This document shows, in pieces, positions 50,513 through 64,000 of a stretch of DNA of 64,000 bases. The notes below the pieces were generated by a model. It was given only the letters and a program-made list of their open reading frames with translations. It was not told the origin of the DNA and searched no databases. The position numbers and the translations under genes were made by a program. Origin of the DNA: Heptranchias perlo (lineage: Eukaryota); the NCBI RefSeq assembly GCF_035084215.1, contig NC_090344.1:52142001-52206000 (forward strand), written 5' to 3'. The first letter of the stretch is position 1. Each line of letters begins with the position of its first letter.

Positions 50513-51544
50513 CTCTCATATCTTTTTTCATCCCAGCTGCGTATCCAATCTCTATCCATCAACCTATAAATTGCTCAGAGATGTCTCTTTGTAAATAACA
50601 AATGCTATATAAATGTAATCTGTAATATCAACAATTTACATATGTACAGAAGTATGAGTTGAATTCAAAGAGAGGCACTGGGCCATAGTTTGTGTGGAAG
50701 TGTGCTTGCAATCCTATATCAACGTTATTAACTACTGTAACTCTGGATGGGGGAAACAATCTGAACTAAAGGCAGTTTCAATAAGGTCTGATTTGATGCT
50801 GCTCCCTCTAACTCCACTTAAACCCAGCGATGTTAAGAGGAAAAAGTTCTAAATTTTTTATATGTTTTTACACTGAAAAGGCTCACTGAATCTTAATCAT
50901 AAATGTGGCTGTGCAGTGAGCTGTAATTAAGGACAGCAGTTTGATTTAAAAAGATGGCGGTTGTACAGCAGACTTAGAATTCCCTAAAGGATATGAGCGT
51001 GTTAAGTGGGATCTGTGTGTGTTTTCCGCTATGGTCTCTTCCTATGCTTCAGAATCCTATTTTATTTTCTATGTGTGGCCAACATTTAAATATTGCCATT
51101 TTACATTACGTGCATCATATCAAACTAAAAGCAGAGATCAAAGAAACAGGTAAAGAACCTCTGGCATAGCAATAAACCATTCAAGGTGGGAAAACATAGG
51201 TTCAATCCCCAGTCTGTACAGAACTAACTCATCTCAGCCAGGGCAGCAATAGAAACATTACAATTAGTATAAGCGCCCACTGGCAAAGGAGGGAAAACAA
51301 AATCAGGAGGTCCAATGGGGGCCTGATGATGCTTGGGCCTCCACAGTCAAATAACCTACTGACATTCACTGTCTAGCCTCACACACAAAGAACAGCCACC
51401 TGAGCAATGGATCAGGGGATTGTTGGCACCCATGGAGCTGTACTCTAGCAAGATTCACTGCCCTTCAGGTGATGAGGGAAGAAAATATGAGAAAAATAGG
51501 AACAAACAACACAAAAGTAGGGAGTTTGGCAAACAAAGAGGATT

Positions 51545-52362
51545 GTAAAAGACTTCAGGAAGACAAACAACTTAGTGGAATGGGCTGACAGATGGCAGGT
51601 GCAATTTAATGTGGCGAGGTAATTCATTCCTTGTTTTCCTTCCCAGGATGTGAGTACACACTCAACAAAAAGATGCTGAAGGGCGCTGATGAACAAAATG
51701 ACTTAGGGGTTCAAATATATAATTTCTTGAGAGTAAATGAAGCCATAAAAAAGGCCAATAGCGTTTTGGGTTTTATAAATAAGGGCATCGAATAAAGAAG
51801 TAACAATTGTACAAGGAATGGTTAGAGTACTGTGTGCAGTTTTGGGCATCCCATTATGGAATAGAGATGAAAGCAGTGTAATGTTGATTCACCGGGATGA
51901 TGCCAGGGATCGGAATCTACAGTTATGAAGACAGACTTGGGAGATACTGGAACTATTTCCACTGGAGCAGTAAAGGCTAAGAGAAGATTTAATAGAGGTT
52001 TTAAAAATTATTCAGGATTTTGATGGGGTGAATAAGGAAAGACTATTTCCTCTGGTTGGGGATTCAATGACAAGAGGCGTCAATTTCAATGTCGGGATTT
52101 CCACGATTTTCGGAGCAAAGAGAAATTTCTTTATGCAGAGGGTTGCTGGAGCGTGGAATGTTTGCCGCAAGGTGTGCTTGAGGCAGAGACCATTATATCT
52201 TCTAAGGGAAAATTGGATAGATATTTGAAGCAGAGAAACATATAGGGCTATGGGCAGAGGCAGAGTAATGGGATTAGTTTTGGATTGCTCCAACAACAGG
52301 CTAGCGCAGTCAGGCTGAGCTGAATGGCCTCGTTTTGTGCATAAATGTCTCTGATTCTATGG
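51545..52362 (+). mobile_element. Old decayed CR1 fragment
   Basis: Residual EWADRWQVQFN and FFMQRVAGAWN peptides, tail tgattctatg. Confidence 0.75.
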
Positions 52363-53495
52363 ATTTACAATGTTAAGAGTAAAGGGCAACAGGTCGTGGA
52401 ATTAGTCTAATTCAAGAGGGAGAGGGGACAACCACGAGAAGGAGTTACAAGCAGAAATCAGCAAGGAAAACATTGGCAACAGAACATTAACATTCAAAGT
52501 TAATGATTACTTGCTAATATTTTACCAATAAAGGTATCATGGTGGACAGCAACAGACAAGTACCTCTGATTGGATCATATTATTTGCCAAGAAAGCAATA
52601 TTCACCAGATGATTTAACAACTTGCATATATACAGCACCTTCAATGTAGAAAATTCACTCCAAGGCACTTCATAGGTACAAGGAAAAAATTGTTATAATT
52701 TACCAAATGATAGTGGAGAATATTGTGGCCTCTCTGTATTAATTTGCTCTGAACACTATTTTCCTGCAGTGATATGAAGTTTGCATCTGCAGTCAATTTA
52801 GATTTTAAATAGTTCTAAACTGCTTCTTCAACCTTTTCCTGAGATTGCAGAGTGGAATGGTTAATGATGATGCTTATGTAATTGTTAAAGAAAAGCAAGA
52901 CTGAAAAAAAAGACCTCACAACATCTATTTGCTTCAACAAATGGCAGTTTCCAAAATATTTTCAAATAGGGCTCGATTTTGGAACGAAGTAGCGGGTGCG
53001 TTGGGGGCGGGGGGCTTCGAAAATCACGGAAATCCCGAGCAGGTTCAGAACCCAGCTCCAACCCACAGACCTCCGGGTTCCCCATTGACACGTCTGGATG
53101 CGCGCCTGCCTCCCAAATGTGGAAGTCCCACCGGCAATTAAAGTCAGCGGGATGATAGTTAAGAGACTTGTATACATACTGGAAGTACTTAATTTTGTCC
53201 ACATTAAGGCAGGGGTCCGATTTTGAAACATCCTCAGCATGTTTCCCGTGCTGTGGGGAACACTCCATGTTCTACCAGATGTGTTTCAGCCAGCAGCCAG
53301 TTGCACATTCAAATGCTTGTTTGACAGATGGGGAGAAAAGGTGAGTTCTTGCTGCAGGGCACTCAGTTCTTTCACACAAACCTTTGGCTGCGAGATCTTT
53401 GTGTTTTCACTGAAAATTCTTACTTTGTGCTCACAATTCTTTTGTTCAGGCATATTTAACAACTTTTCAGACCCCCTCAAACTAACACTATCAGG

Positions 53496-54676
53496 ATGGG
53501 GGGGGCGCCATGGCTGCATTCACCACTACATCCGAGGACAAGCAACATCACCATCCTCGTCAGGCATGGCGTGCACTTCCACCACTTGCAGCTCCACAAC
53601 ACAGTGCTGTGCCACAGGCTCCTGCACAAGAGCACAGAGGGCAACAACAGAGAGAACAATGTCGCAGGAGGCACTACCCTTGCCGCAGGGTCTGCAGACC
53701 GAGACTCAGCTACCTGGACCTCTCTGAGGAGCAGTGCATACGGAAGCTCAGAGTGAGTCGCCAAGTAGTCACTGACATCTGCAGCCTCCATCATGCCGAG
53801 CTGCTCCCGGCTGGGCCAAGCGGAATCTCATTCCCCGTCACTGTCAAAGTCACCACTGCCCTCAACTTCTTCGCCGCCGGATCATTCCAGGGTGCCACGG
53901 GGGTCCCTCAGTGGCCTGCGCACTAGTGCATAAGGCAGGTCACCGACGGCTTGTTTCGCAGGGCCTCGCAGTACGTCAACTTCCCCATGGACGACCTCAG
54001 CCAGACGGAGAGGGCAATGGGATTCCACTCTATGGCTGGCTTCCCACGGGTGCAGGGTGTAATCGATTGCGCCCATATAGCAATACGAGCACCTCCACAC
54101 GAGCCAGGGCTGTTCATCAACCGGAAGGGGGATCACACCATTAACACTCAGCTCATTTGTGACCACTGCAAGAGATTCTTTCACGTGAGCGCCAGATTTC
54201 CTGGCAGCTGCCATGATGCCTTCATCCTGAGGGAATCCAACATCCTGCCCCTCTTCCACACACCAAACACCCTTAAGGGCTGGATCCTTGGGGACAAGGG
54301 ATACCCCCTGCTTATGTGGCTCATGACACCTCTGAGGAACCCCACCACCAAGCAACAGCATCGATATAACGACAGCCACATCGTCACCAGGTCTACAATT
54401 GAGCATGCTATAGGGCTGCTCAAGATGTGATTTCGGTGCCTTGATCATTCTGGGGGAGCGCTTCAATACGCACCAGACAGAGTGGGACGCATTATAGTAG
54501 TGTGCTGCACAACATGGCACAACAGAGAGGGGTGCGCTTGAGGAGGCCCCATTCACATCTGCCACCCACATTGAGGAGGAGGAGGAGAAGGAGGAGGAGG
54601 AACTCATGGGCAGAGCAACGGCTACCTGGCTGCTCGTGAGGCCAAGGAGTCACCGATATGGGAACGGTTCTCCTAA
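53496..54676 (+). pseudogene. Harbinger (HARBI1-like) DDE transposase, disrupted
   Basis: ORFs 53510..53926 and 53951..54430 contain GVIDCAH, FINRKG, FPGSCHDAFIL, LGDKGYPL and RSTIEHAIGLLK. Frameshift near 53905, premature TGA at 54428-54430, acidic tail. Confidence 0.9.
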
Positions 54677-54993
54677 CATCAGAAAGTGTGAAGAGTCCAG
54701 TTGTCACACCACCTGGAAAGAGCAGCGCCCACACCAGGCAGCCCACACCGCCCTGCACAAAACAATCCTGCAACTACACATACACCCACTGTAAAGTGAC
54801 CCAATGGGTGGCATCAAGTATCGCCATTCATGGTGAACCTCATGAAAGGGCCCTATCACAAAAGCCAGTCAACAATGGGCAAGACGTGGCAGTAATGGTG
54901 ACAATAATAACATTTAATGTCACTTGAACAAAAAGCAAACATAAATGAAAAACATGACAGTCTGTCAAACACCCTTGTGCATCCCCTTCGTGC

Positions 54994-56849
54994 TCACAAA
55001 ACCTTCGCCTTTCGCTTCCGACTACTTCTACGTGGTGCAATCCCTGTGGCTGCAGCAGATGTAGTGGCAGGTTGCTCATGTTCATGCCCTGACTGCTTAG
55101 ATGCTTTGGGCCTACGCCCTCTGGGTTTTGGATCCCGTGAGAGCCCCTCCAAAGACTGCTCCACCTGCACCTGTGCAGGGACAGACTCGGCCACCTGGAG
55201 AGCAGGCAGCTTTGTGAGTACTGGTTGAGAGGGGGGCAAAGGGTGAGACGTGGGAGCACTCTGAGTGGCGTCCCCACTTCCACGTCTCCCTTCGCCATCA
55301 TCACTCCTACCACCTAACTGCTGGAGAACAGTGTGGTGGACACGAGTGATGCATTGAAAGGCCACTTCTAAAGTATCCGTCAGCCTGTTTAAGGCAGCAG
55401 AATGTTATGCACAGAGTCCGAACAGCCGTTGTCAGGGCCTGAATGGACTCATTTGTGAGCCATGCTTGAAGCTCATCGGAAGCTAGCCTTCTCTCCATCG
55501 CAGACATTCCCACACTTATCTGTTACAGTAACTCAGGGAGTTGCTCATGTCCGTGTGCCACCATTCCACTCATGCAGGAGTTGGACTCCTCCATTCTCTG
55601 CGCTATTCTGGAGAGCGCACGTGGCACCTGTTCCAGTATCTTTCAAATGTGCTGCTGTCCCTCAATCATTCTCCTTTTAAAGGATGGCTCCCAGGGTTTA
55701 GTATCTGCGTCCAGCTGAGCAGAGCCTGGAGAGGAGTGCTCCCACTGACGCGGACTCTCCACAGCTGCCCCTGCCACCAATGTCTGCTTGTGCTCACTTG
55801 TGTGTGGTGACTCACCAGGGGCCAACATTTCTAAATGAATACTAGGACCCACCGAGGTGTGAGCATCTGCGCTGGTGAATGGCTCGCTCAGATGTGACTG
55901 TGCCCCCTCAAAGGCTGGCAGGTCCTCCGAGGAATCGCCCTCTGCCGTCACTGAAGGCCCTGTAAGAGAACAGAAGGCAATATTAAGCAACATCACAGAT
56001 GTGTCATGTTGCGAGAGCATACTGAGGTGTTGAAGATGGCAAGGCATGTTAACATCAATTCATATTTTGTGTGATGTTAAAGTTGTGTCACCAGACGTTT
56101 GTGGGGTGCCAGTCTTGGCGTCCCCGACGGACAGGCACTCGAGGGTGCGGCTCAGCTCCAGCGCCTCCTGCTCAGTGACTGTGAGGACCAGTGTTCGTTG
56201 TGGCTCCCCTCCAGTCCTCACCCTCTTGCGTGCATTTTGCACTCTCTTCTAGAAGGGGACAAAGAACAGACATGTGAGTGAATGATGCTGAAGTGGCCAA
56301 CCAATAAATGCATTGCTTTGGGTGCGGCTGACCGTGAAATAGATACATCAGAAGGTGAGTATGAGACAGTGCCATCACATTGGATGAGGATTGGGGTGAG
56401 TGGTAGCGGTGGGGTGACTAATGTGGGGGGGGGGGGGGGGGGTGAGGAAGTGCTGGTAAGTTGAGAATGAGCCTTAAGTGGGTGTGAGCAGTGATGTGAT
56501 AGAGTAGTCTTGGCAGTGCAGAATGAGCTGGGCAGGGTGGGGGGGGGCGGGGGGAGGTGGGGAGCAGTAATGTGCAGCGCGGAATGCAGGAGAATCAGTT
56601 AGTGTACTCACTTTGCATGATCTAGTTAGGTCATTGAAGCGCTTCCTGCACTGATCCAGGTGTGGGAGATGTTGCTGCTGCTGGTGACCTCCTCTGCCAC
56701 CTCGAGCCAGGCCTTCTTGGTGCAGAGGCAGGGCACTTCCTCCCGTCCGCTGGGTAAAACACATCCCTTCGCCCCCTCACCCCATCCAGTAGCACCTGGA
56801 GCGAGGCATCATTAAACCTTGGAGCAGCCTTGTCCCTGTGCTGCTCCAT
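54994..56849 (-). pseudogene. Harbinger Myb/SANT-like DNA-binding protein, three exons, disrupted
   Basis: MEQHRDKAAPRFNDASLQVLLDGV...AWLEVAEEV...QCRKRFNDL in exon 56849-56612, then exon 56248-56092 (KRVRTGGEP), then an exon from 55959 ending in basic RRSSRKRKAKVL*. GT-AG introns. TATTTAAA at 56897-56890. Confidence 0.8.
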
Positions 56850-57226
56850 TGTGGTGTGTGGGCGTTTGAAACCTTTGGAGCAATGGCCCTTTAAATAGAA
56901 CTCCTCCAGCTGACAGCCTGTGATGCGGGTGCGCAGTCCGCACGCTACACAGCTTTCAGTCGGCAAACCCGGAAGCCACGTTAAGTGGCACCAACTGAAT
57001 TGCGATCGTGTGGGAAAAGGACATTTTTTTATTGGTCAGGTTACCCACGTGCCCAATCACCGCCCCCCCCCGCTGCTACCCTGCCTCCATTCTAATATCA
57101 GGGTCATAGAGTCTGATATCAAATCAGATCACTACCTTTGGGCTCTGACCAGATAAATGTGTGTTGGGGGAGTAGCACCCATTCTAGGTGATTTTCTGAG
57201 AGCTTTTAAATATGTAATTAACTCAC

Positions 57227-57291
57227 CTAATGTCAATTCTCCTGAATGGATACTCACTGCTATCACCATCATCTGGCAACCGGCAGACACC
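57227..57291 (-). CDS. POLB: DNA polymerase beta, exon 12 (loop II and third catalytic Asp)
   Basis: cttcaatag|...cattag|gtgagt, 65 bp. Encodes GVCRLPDDGDSSEYPFRRIDI(R); RRIDIR contains catalytic D256. Phase 2 joins exon 13 in frame. Confidence 0.96.
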
Positions 57292-57404
57292 CTATTGAAG
57301 GAAGGGGAAGCAAAGAAAGAGAGTCAGAAAAACACGATGGCACAGGTACACCAGGCCCCAGTGACTAGGGAGCACAGTGACAAAACAATTAACAGCACCA
57401 TTCT

Positions 57405-58530
57405 TTTGGTATCTTACAAGTTGAAGCTCATGGAATTGAGGGCAAATTATTGAACTAGTTAGGAAGTTGGCTGAGCAGCAGGACATAGAGAGTAGGGATA
57501 ATGGGCAAGAATTCAAATTGGCAGGATGTGACTAGAGGTGTCCCACAGGGATCTGTGTTGGGGCCTCAACTATTCACTGTATATATTAACGACTTCGATG
57601 ACGGGATAGAGCGCCACATATCCAAGTCTGCCGATGACACAAAGATAGGCAGCATTGTAAGCAGTGTAGATGGAAGCATAAAATTACAGAGAGATATTAA
57701 TAGATGAAGTGAATGGGCAAAACTGTAGCAAATGGATTTCAATATAGGCAAGTGTAAGGTCATCCACTTTGGACCTAAAAAGGATAGATCAGAGTACTTT
57801 CTAAATGGGGAAAAGTTCGAAACAGTGGAGGTCCAAAAAGGCTTAGGGGTCCATGTACACACGTCATTAAAATCTCACGGACAGGGACAGAAAATAATCA
57901 AAAAGGCTAATGGAATGCTGGCCTTTACATCTAGAGGACTAGAATACAAGGGGGTAGAAGTTATGCTACAGCTATACAAAGCCCTGGTTAGACCACACCT
58001 AGAGTACTGTGTTCAGTTCTGGGCACCGCACCTTAGGAAGGATATATTTACCTTGGAGGGAGTGCAACGTAGATTTACTAGAATGATACCTGGACTCCAA
58101 GGGTTGAATTATGAGGAGAGATTATACAAATTGGGGTTGTGTTCCCTGGAATTTAGAAGATTAAGGGGTGATTTGATTGAAGTTTTCAAAATATTAAGGG
58201 GAACTCAGAGAGAAACTATTTCCGCTGGTTGGGGAGTCTAGGACTAGGGGACATAGCCTAAAAATTAGAGCCAGGATTTTCAGGAGTGAAGTTAGGAAAC
58301 ACTTCTACACACAAAGAAGGGGTAGAAGTTTGGAACTCTTTTCCGCAAACGGTAGTTGACACGAGCTCAATTGTTAATTTTAAACCTGGGAATGATAGAT
58401 TTTTGTTAACCAAAGGTATTAAGGGATATGGGGCTAAGGCGGGTATATGGAATTAGGTCACAGATCGGCCATGATCTCACTGAATGGCGGAACAGGCTCG
58501 AGGGGCTAAATGGCCTCCTCCTGTTCCTAA
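57405..58530 (+). mobile_element. Decayed CR1-type LINE
   Basis: ORFs 57501..57707 (GVPQGSVLGP) and 57732..58241. Confidence 0.9.
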
Positions 58531-61129
58531 GTTGTATCAGCATGGTTGCCGCAAACTGTCACCTAAGTTCAAGGCTACCACTCTAACAAAGCAGATTGTA
58601 AGGGGAGACTGACATTGCTAATTCTCACTCTGCTGGCTTTAATGGCCAGGGAGCAATTTTACAGAATGCTGCCTCAGAAAATTGGATAAGTTGGGATGAA
58701 ATGCACACATTTGTGAAAGAAATAGGCTTGATGGGCTAAATGACAGGATTGGTTCAGTACCAATCTCCCATCACAAGAAATGTTATCTTCAAGCCAAATC
58801 AAATGCAGGTACTGCCATCCTCCATCCAAGGGGAAAGGTCACTATTTGCTCAATACGGTAACTATAATACAATGACTTATGCACCACTTCAATGAGCAAC
58901 AATACTGCACTCTTGTGGTTGAAATCTTCCTGTATGGCTCATTCCAATCAAATGCAGAAAGCATCTACTGAAATCAATGAGAAGCACTCGCATGCAGCAA
59001 GTAAACGGAAAACGACCCTGGAGCCTAATGTGCAAGCGTTCGAGTCAGAAAAACAGTGAGGAGGACTTGTAAGATATATTAATACAAAACAGCAATGTGC
59101 TGTGCCACAATGACACAATGCAACTGCTCAGTTCTTAAACTCAGCTGAAGTTGCTGAGATGACAACAGACAGTTCCCAATGAGGGGGAATTTAAGAAATG
59201 GTCACCTTTGGTTATTCCAGTCTTCTCTTGCATGTTTCTTCCAAACTAGTTACAGGGTGACAGAGGCAGATCACTCATTGCAGCATAAATAAATTGTTCA
59301 AAGTCAGACAATCTTATGTTTCACTGTATATTTTCCCTTTGGTTCTTGTAATACTGCTTTTTGTTGCATTCTTTTATGTTGACTGATAACAATCTTAGTC
59401 TTCATTGTGAATTAATGACTGCTAGTAGGCAAATCAGACTGTGGATTTTATGAGCTTTTATGTTAATATAGCACCAATGAACATTCCAGTGTGTTTCACA
59501 ATGGAGATACAGCCATCTGGTTAAAAACCCAAGGTATACCCAAGTGCCTGAATCCACCTCAGATCTCCCAATCTACCCCAGAAACACGTTGGAATGTTCA
59601 CTGCAATCACAAACATAGGACATGAACTTGTGATTTAACTGTGAGTTGGAATCGGTGCACTCATTTCAGAAATGCTGCCCTTTATCCCATTCAATTGGGC
59701 CAACTGAATTCCTCTTTAACACTTGATGAATAACATGGGTTTTACAATACAGCTCAGGCAAAAAGGGATCATTCTGTAATCTTGCTTGTCATTTAAAATT
59801 ACAAATAACATGACTGCAGTCCTCACTGAGCACTTTGTAACTCGAAAGAGGAATGGAGAACTTGTAAAATAGTGATATTCAAAGTTCCACTGGGCGGATT
59901 GGCGTCTGGAAGTTTTTATTTTAAGGTATTTTTGTCCTACCTTTTCTTGGATCATTTTACCATTGAATTCATAACAGTATCTCTTACAAAGTGCAAAGCA
60001 TAATAACAAAACATGGACAGAAATATGGATATAGGAGTAAGATTACTAACTTCAAAGGATGTGTTTTTTTTTGAATAAAGCATCCTCAAAATAACAAGTT
60101 ACTAGTGGGGGTAATCAGAATAGACACAGTCCCTTTCAGACACTTTGAATTTCAGTGATGTTATGACAATATCCATGTGATTTGCCCGTCCCAAGGTTCC
60201 TAGAGCTGATGTGTCAGTATTTCTTTCCAAAGGAGTCAGAATATACCAACCAGGGGCAGGAGTGCTCCTCCGGGTAATCACAGTAAAAGTCACAGCCTCT
60301 CCTGCTCCCAATAACACCCCCACCCAAAACCCTCTCCCCACCATTTACATGGAAGTCTCTGGACGGCCCTTGGCCGTCTGATCTTCACCAGCTGGCAGTC
60401 GCTCTGCATTCTCTTAATGCCCATTCTGGGTGGGAAGTGAACCGGCAGTAACTAAACAAGGCCTGGCAGTTAAAATCATGTTGCCTCTGCCCGGCAGGAA
60501 ATTAACTCACGAGAGCAGTTTCCCACTAGATGCTCAGAGTTCAAATCCGCCCAAATATTTCCTGGTTGACAAAGTAAGCAATGCAATCTTTTTCTTAAGA
60601 ACATTAACATTTTAGGAATAGGAGATACCATTAAGCCCAAATAAGCCAGTCCTTTCTCCAGGTGAATCTTACCGACCGACTCGCTATATCCCTCAACTCT
60701 TCTCTCTCCAGGAATGTTTCCAATTGTCTCTTTGACCCATTTACACCCTTTGCTTCAATAATCTTCCCTAGTAACTTCTTAAAAAGCCAGTTACCCGTTG
60801 GATGAAAAAAAGATTCATCTGTCTTCCCTTCTTACTCCTAACTCCTTCATTTTAACCTGTGTCCTTGGGGATTTGAAATCTTTACCACAGTGAAAATCTT
60901 CATCCAAATGCTTCTATAACATGCACGGCGATGATTATCATGAGGGAAGTGTTCAAAAGAAGCAAATTCTCCAATTGCATTGGGAGGCATATTAAAGTAT
61001 AAATGGTAAGTTGTTTCTGTCAGAAGTTTACTGTAATGCTGGAAGATGAAAAGGAAGAATCGTGTGATATTAATAAAACTTTTCATTTAGAGCAAATGGA
61101 AAAGATATGTAACAAGAAGAAAGTAATCA

Positions 61130-61475
61130 AGGAGAAATGATGAACAGTTTTGACAGAGTAAATAAGGAAAAACTGTTTCCAGTGGCAGAAGGGTTGGTAA
61201 CCAGAGGACACAGATTTAAAGTGATCAGCAAAAGAACCAGAGGCGACATGAGGAAACATTTTTTTGTCCAGCGAATGATGATCTGGAATGCACTGCCTGG
61301 AAGGGCGGTGGAAACAGATTCAATAGTAACTTTCAAAGGGAATTGGATAAATACTAAAAGGGAAAAAAATTACAGGGCTATGGGGAAAGAGCAGGGGAGT
61401 GGGACAAATTGGATAGCTCTTTCAAAGAGGTACAATGGGCCAAATGACCTCCTTCTGTGCTGCAGCTACTATGAT
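61130..61475 (+). mobile_element. CR1 3' fragment
   Basis: ORF 61137..61493 (TRGHRFKV...WNALPGRAVE). Confidence 0.8.
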
Positions 61476-62104
61476 ACTTTTGAAAGTTATTAAATCTGAC
61501 ACTGGAGTTCCCCTTTGTGTAATTTACAGTTGACAATTAAACTAATCCTTTATTTGGTGGAAATCAATATTTTTTACGCCATTTGCTTAAAATTGGAATG
61601 ATATTCCTTTCACGAATGCAGTCTATCTTCAGCCTCAAACTATAATCCAATCATTGTGCATCTGTACAGAAAGAACACCTTTAAAACAAAGGGCCCTGTA
61701 CAGGGAAAGGCAAACCAAGTTACAATAGTTTGACAAGGTGAAAATAGGGAAGTGTTGCATAACCATTCGAACATACCTAATATAGCGAGGCCTGCAATAA
61801 ACCAGTCAATTAAGCTAAAACAAATAAGATGTGACTGAAAATCTACATGTTTCAGCACCAATAGATTAGCCTTATGGAAATCATTACAAGCCCCTCCAGA
61901 CGCACCTTCAATTTTTTTTTGATTACACATTCACAAAGTCACAGCAAAATTAAGCTTGCATCGAGAGAGATAAATATATTTTTCATGTTGAGAAAACAAA
62001 AAGGTCCCTTTTTGGAAGAAAAACAGAGATTGTGAAAAGCACCAAAAACGTCATTCTGGAGTTTTGCTCAAACCACATTTCCAGTGGAGCATGACAGCAT
62101 ATCA

Positions 62105-64000
62105 GAACCATGGAAAAGATACAGCACAGAAGGAGGCCATTCGGCCCATCGTGTCCGCGCCGGCTCGAAAAACAACCAGGTGCCCATTCTAATCCCACCT
62201 TCCAGCATCTGGTCTGTAGCCCTGCAGCTTACAGCACTTTAGGTGCAGGTCCAGGTACTTTTTAAAAGAGTTGAGGGTCCCTGAATCTACCACCAATTCA
62301 GGCTGTGAATTCCATACACCCACCACCCTCTGGGTAAAAAAGTTTTTCCTCATGTCCCCTCTAATCCTTCTGCCAATCAGCTTAAATCTATGTCCTCCAG
62401 TTCTTGAACTCTCCGCTAGGGGAAACAGGTACTTCCTGTCTACTCTATCTGGGCCCCTCATAATTTTGTACACCTCAATCAAGTCTCCCCTCAGCCTCCT
62501 CTGCTCCAAGGAAAACAACCCCAGCCGATCCAATCACTCCTCGTAGCTGCAATTTTCAAGCCCTGGAAACATTCTTGTAAATCTTCTCTGCACTCTCTCC
62601 AGAGCAATTACGTCCTTCCTATAATGTGGTGACCAGAACTGCGCACAATACTCCAGCTGTGGCCTTACCAGCGTTTTATACAGTTCAATCATTACATCCC
62701 TGCTTTTGTATTCTATACCTCGGCTAATAACGGAGAGCATTCCATATGCCTTCTTCACAACCTTATCTACCTGTACTGCCACCTTCAGGGACCTGTGCAC
62801 ATGCACTCCAAGGTCTCTCACTTCCTCGACCCCTCTCAATATATTCCCGTTTACTGCATATTCCCTTTTACTGTTGGCCCTCCCCAAGTGTATTACCTCA
62901 CACTTCTCCAGGTTGAACTCCATTTGCCACTTTTCCGCCCACTCCACCAACCCATTGATATCTTCTTGGAGTCTACAGCTATCCTCTTCACTATCAACCA
63001 CACGGACAATTTTTGTGTCATCTGCAAATTTGCCAATCATGCCCCCTGCATTCAAGTCCAAATCATTCATATATACCACAAACAGCAAGGGACCCAACAC
63101 TGAGCCCTGTGGCACACCACTGGAAACGGATTTCCATTCACAAAGACATCCATTGACTTTTACCCTTTGTTTCCTGTTACTGAGCCAATTTTGGATCCAA
63201 TTCGCCACATTTCCCTGTATCCCACGGGCTTTTACCTTTCTGACCAGTCTGCCATGTGGGACCTTGTCAAATGCCTTACTAAAATCCATGTAGACAACAT
63301 TCACTGCACTATCCCCATCAATCCTCCTCGTCACTTCCTCAAAGAATTCAATCAGATTTGTAAGGCATGACCTTCCCTGAACAAATCCATGCTGACTATC
63401 CCTGATTAAACCATGCCTTTCCAAGTGACAGTTTATCCTATCTCTCAATATCGATTCTAATAGTTTGCCCACCACCGAGGTAAGGCTGACCGGCCTATAA
63501 CTGTTCTGCCTTTCCCTCGTACCCTTTTTAAACAATGGTATTATGTTTGCAGTCTTCCAGTCCTACGGTACCTCCCCTGTATCTAGTGAGGATTCGAAAA
63601 TGATCCTCAGAGCATCTGCTATTTCCTCCCTTGCTTCCTTCAATAGCCTAGGAAACAATCCATCCAGCCTGGTGACTTATCAACTTTCAAGGATTCCAGT
63701 CCCTCTAGTACTTCCTCTCTCATTATGTTATCCAATATTTCACACCTATCCTCTTTAACTACTACATCCGGATCATCCCTTTCCTTTGTGAATACGGAGA
63801 CAAAATATTCATTTAAAACCCTACCCACATCCTCTGCTTCTACACACAAGTTACCCTCATCATCCCTGATAGGTCCCACCTTTTCCTTAGCTATCCTCTT
63901 GTTCTTAATGTACTGATAAAACATCTTTGGGCTTTCTTTAATCTTACTAGCTAATATTTTTCCATGCCCTCTCTTTGCTTTCCTTATTTCCTTTTTTACG
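62105..64000 (-). mobile_element. CR1-type LINE running off the window end
   Basis: ORFs 63640..63924, 62534..63535 and 62189..62533 with RT motifs. Confidence 0.93.

Larger units (their letters stand above)
52969..57105. mobile_element. PIF/Harbinger DNA transposon, apparently full-length (about 4.1 kb) but decayed
   Basis: Convergent DDE transposase and Myb/SANT genes. Imperfect TIRs gggctcgattttggaacg and (rc) gaccctgatattagaatg. ATA flanks both ends (52966-52968, 57106-57108). Confidence 0.88.

Noticed and set aside
53496-54676. Host gene HARBI1
   Set aside because: The frameshift, premature stop, TIR-like ends and Myb partner indicate a transposon copy, not the domesticated gene.
59615-59640. 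Minus-strand ...KFM as a possible end of POLB exon 11
   Set aside because: No GT follows the ATG and no upstream TLSKG match. Exon 11 was not found and probably lies beyond the window.

Overview
Eukaryotic (vertebrate) genomic DNA. The repeat content suggests a cartilaginous fish (shark); this is inferred from repeat types, not proven. Two spliced genes, largely missed by the ORF track, lie tail-to-tail. (1) A Dickkopf gene on +, best matching DKK4, with coding exons 2-4 at 3455-3605, 14468-14635 and 23570-23823; no exon 1 was found in the window. (2) DNA polymerase beta (POLB) on -, with its last three exons at 57291-57227, 38403-38264 and 28768-28674. All splice sites are GT-AG and phases are compatible. 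The convergent POLB-DKK4 arrangement matches the human locus. The introns hold many CR1-type LINE copies (several nested), Deu-type and other SINEs, a ~65-bp minisatellite, a decayed 4.1-kb two-gene PIF/Harbinger transposon, and Harbinger- and hAT-type MITEs. They also hold two Penelope-like fragments, each with a 14-bp target-site duplication and a minimal type-I hammerhead ribozyme motif in the POLB sense orientation. Other oddities are an in-frame ORF1 zinc-finger/RT fusion LINE with an amplified GC-box 5' end, and a perfect 92-bp inverted duplication at a LINE junction. Exon, TSD and ribozyme coordinates were counted by hand; repeat boundaries are approximate.
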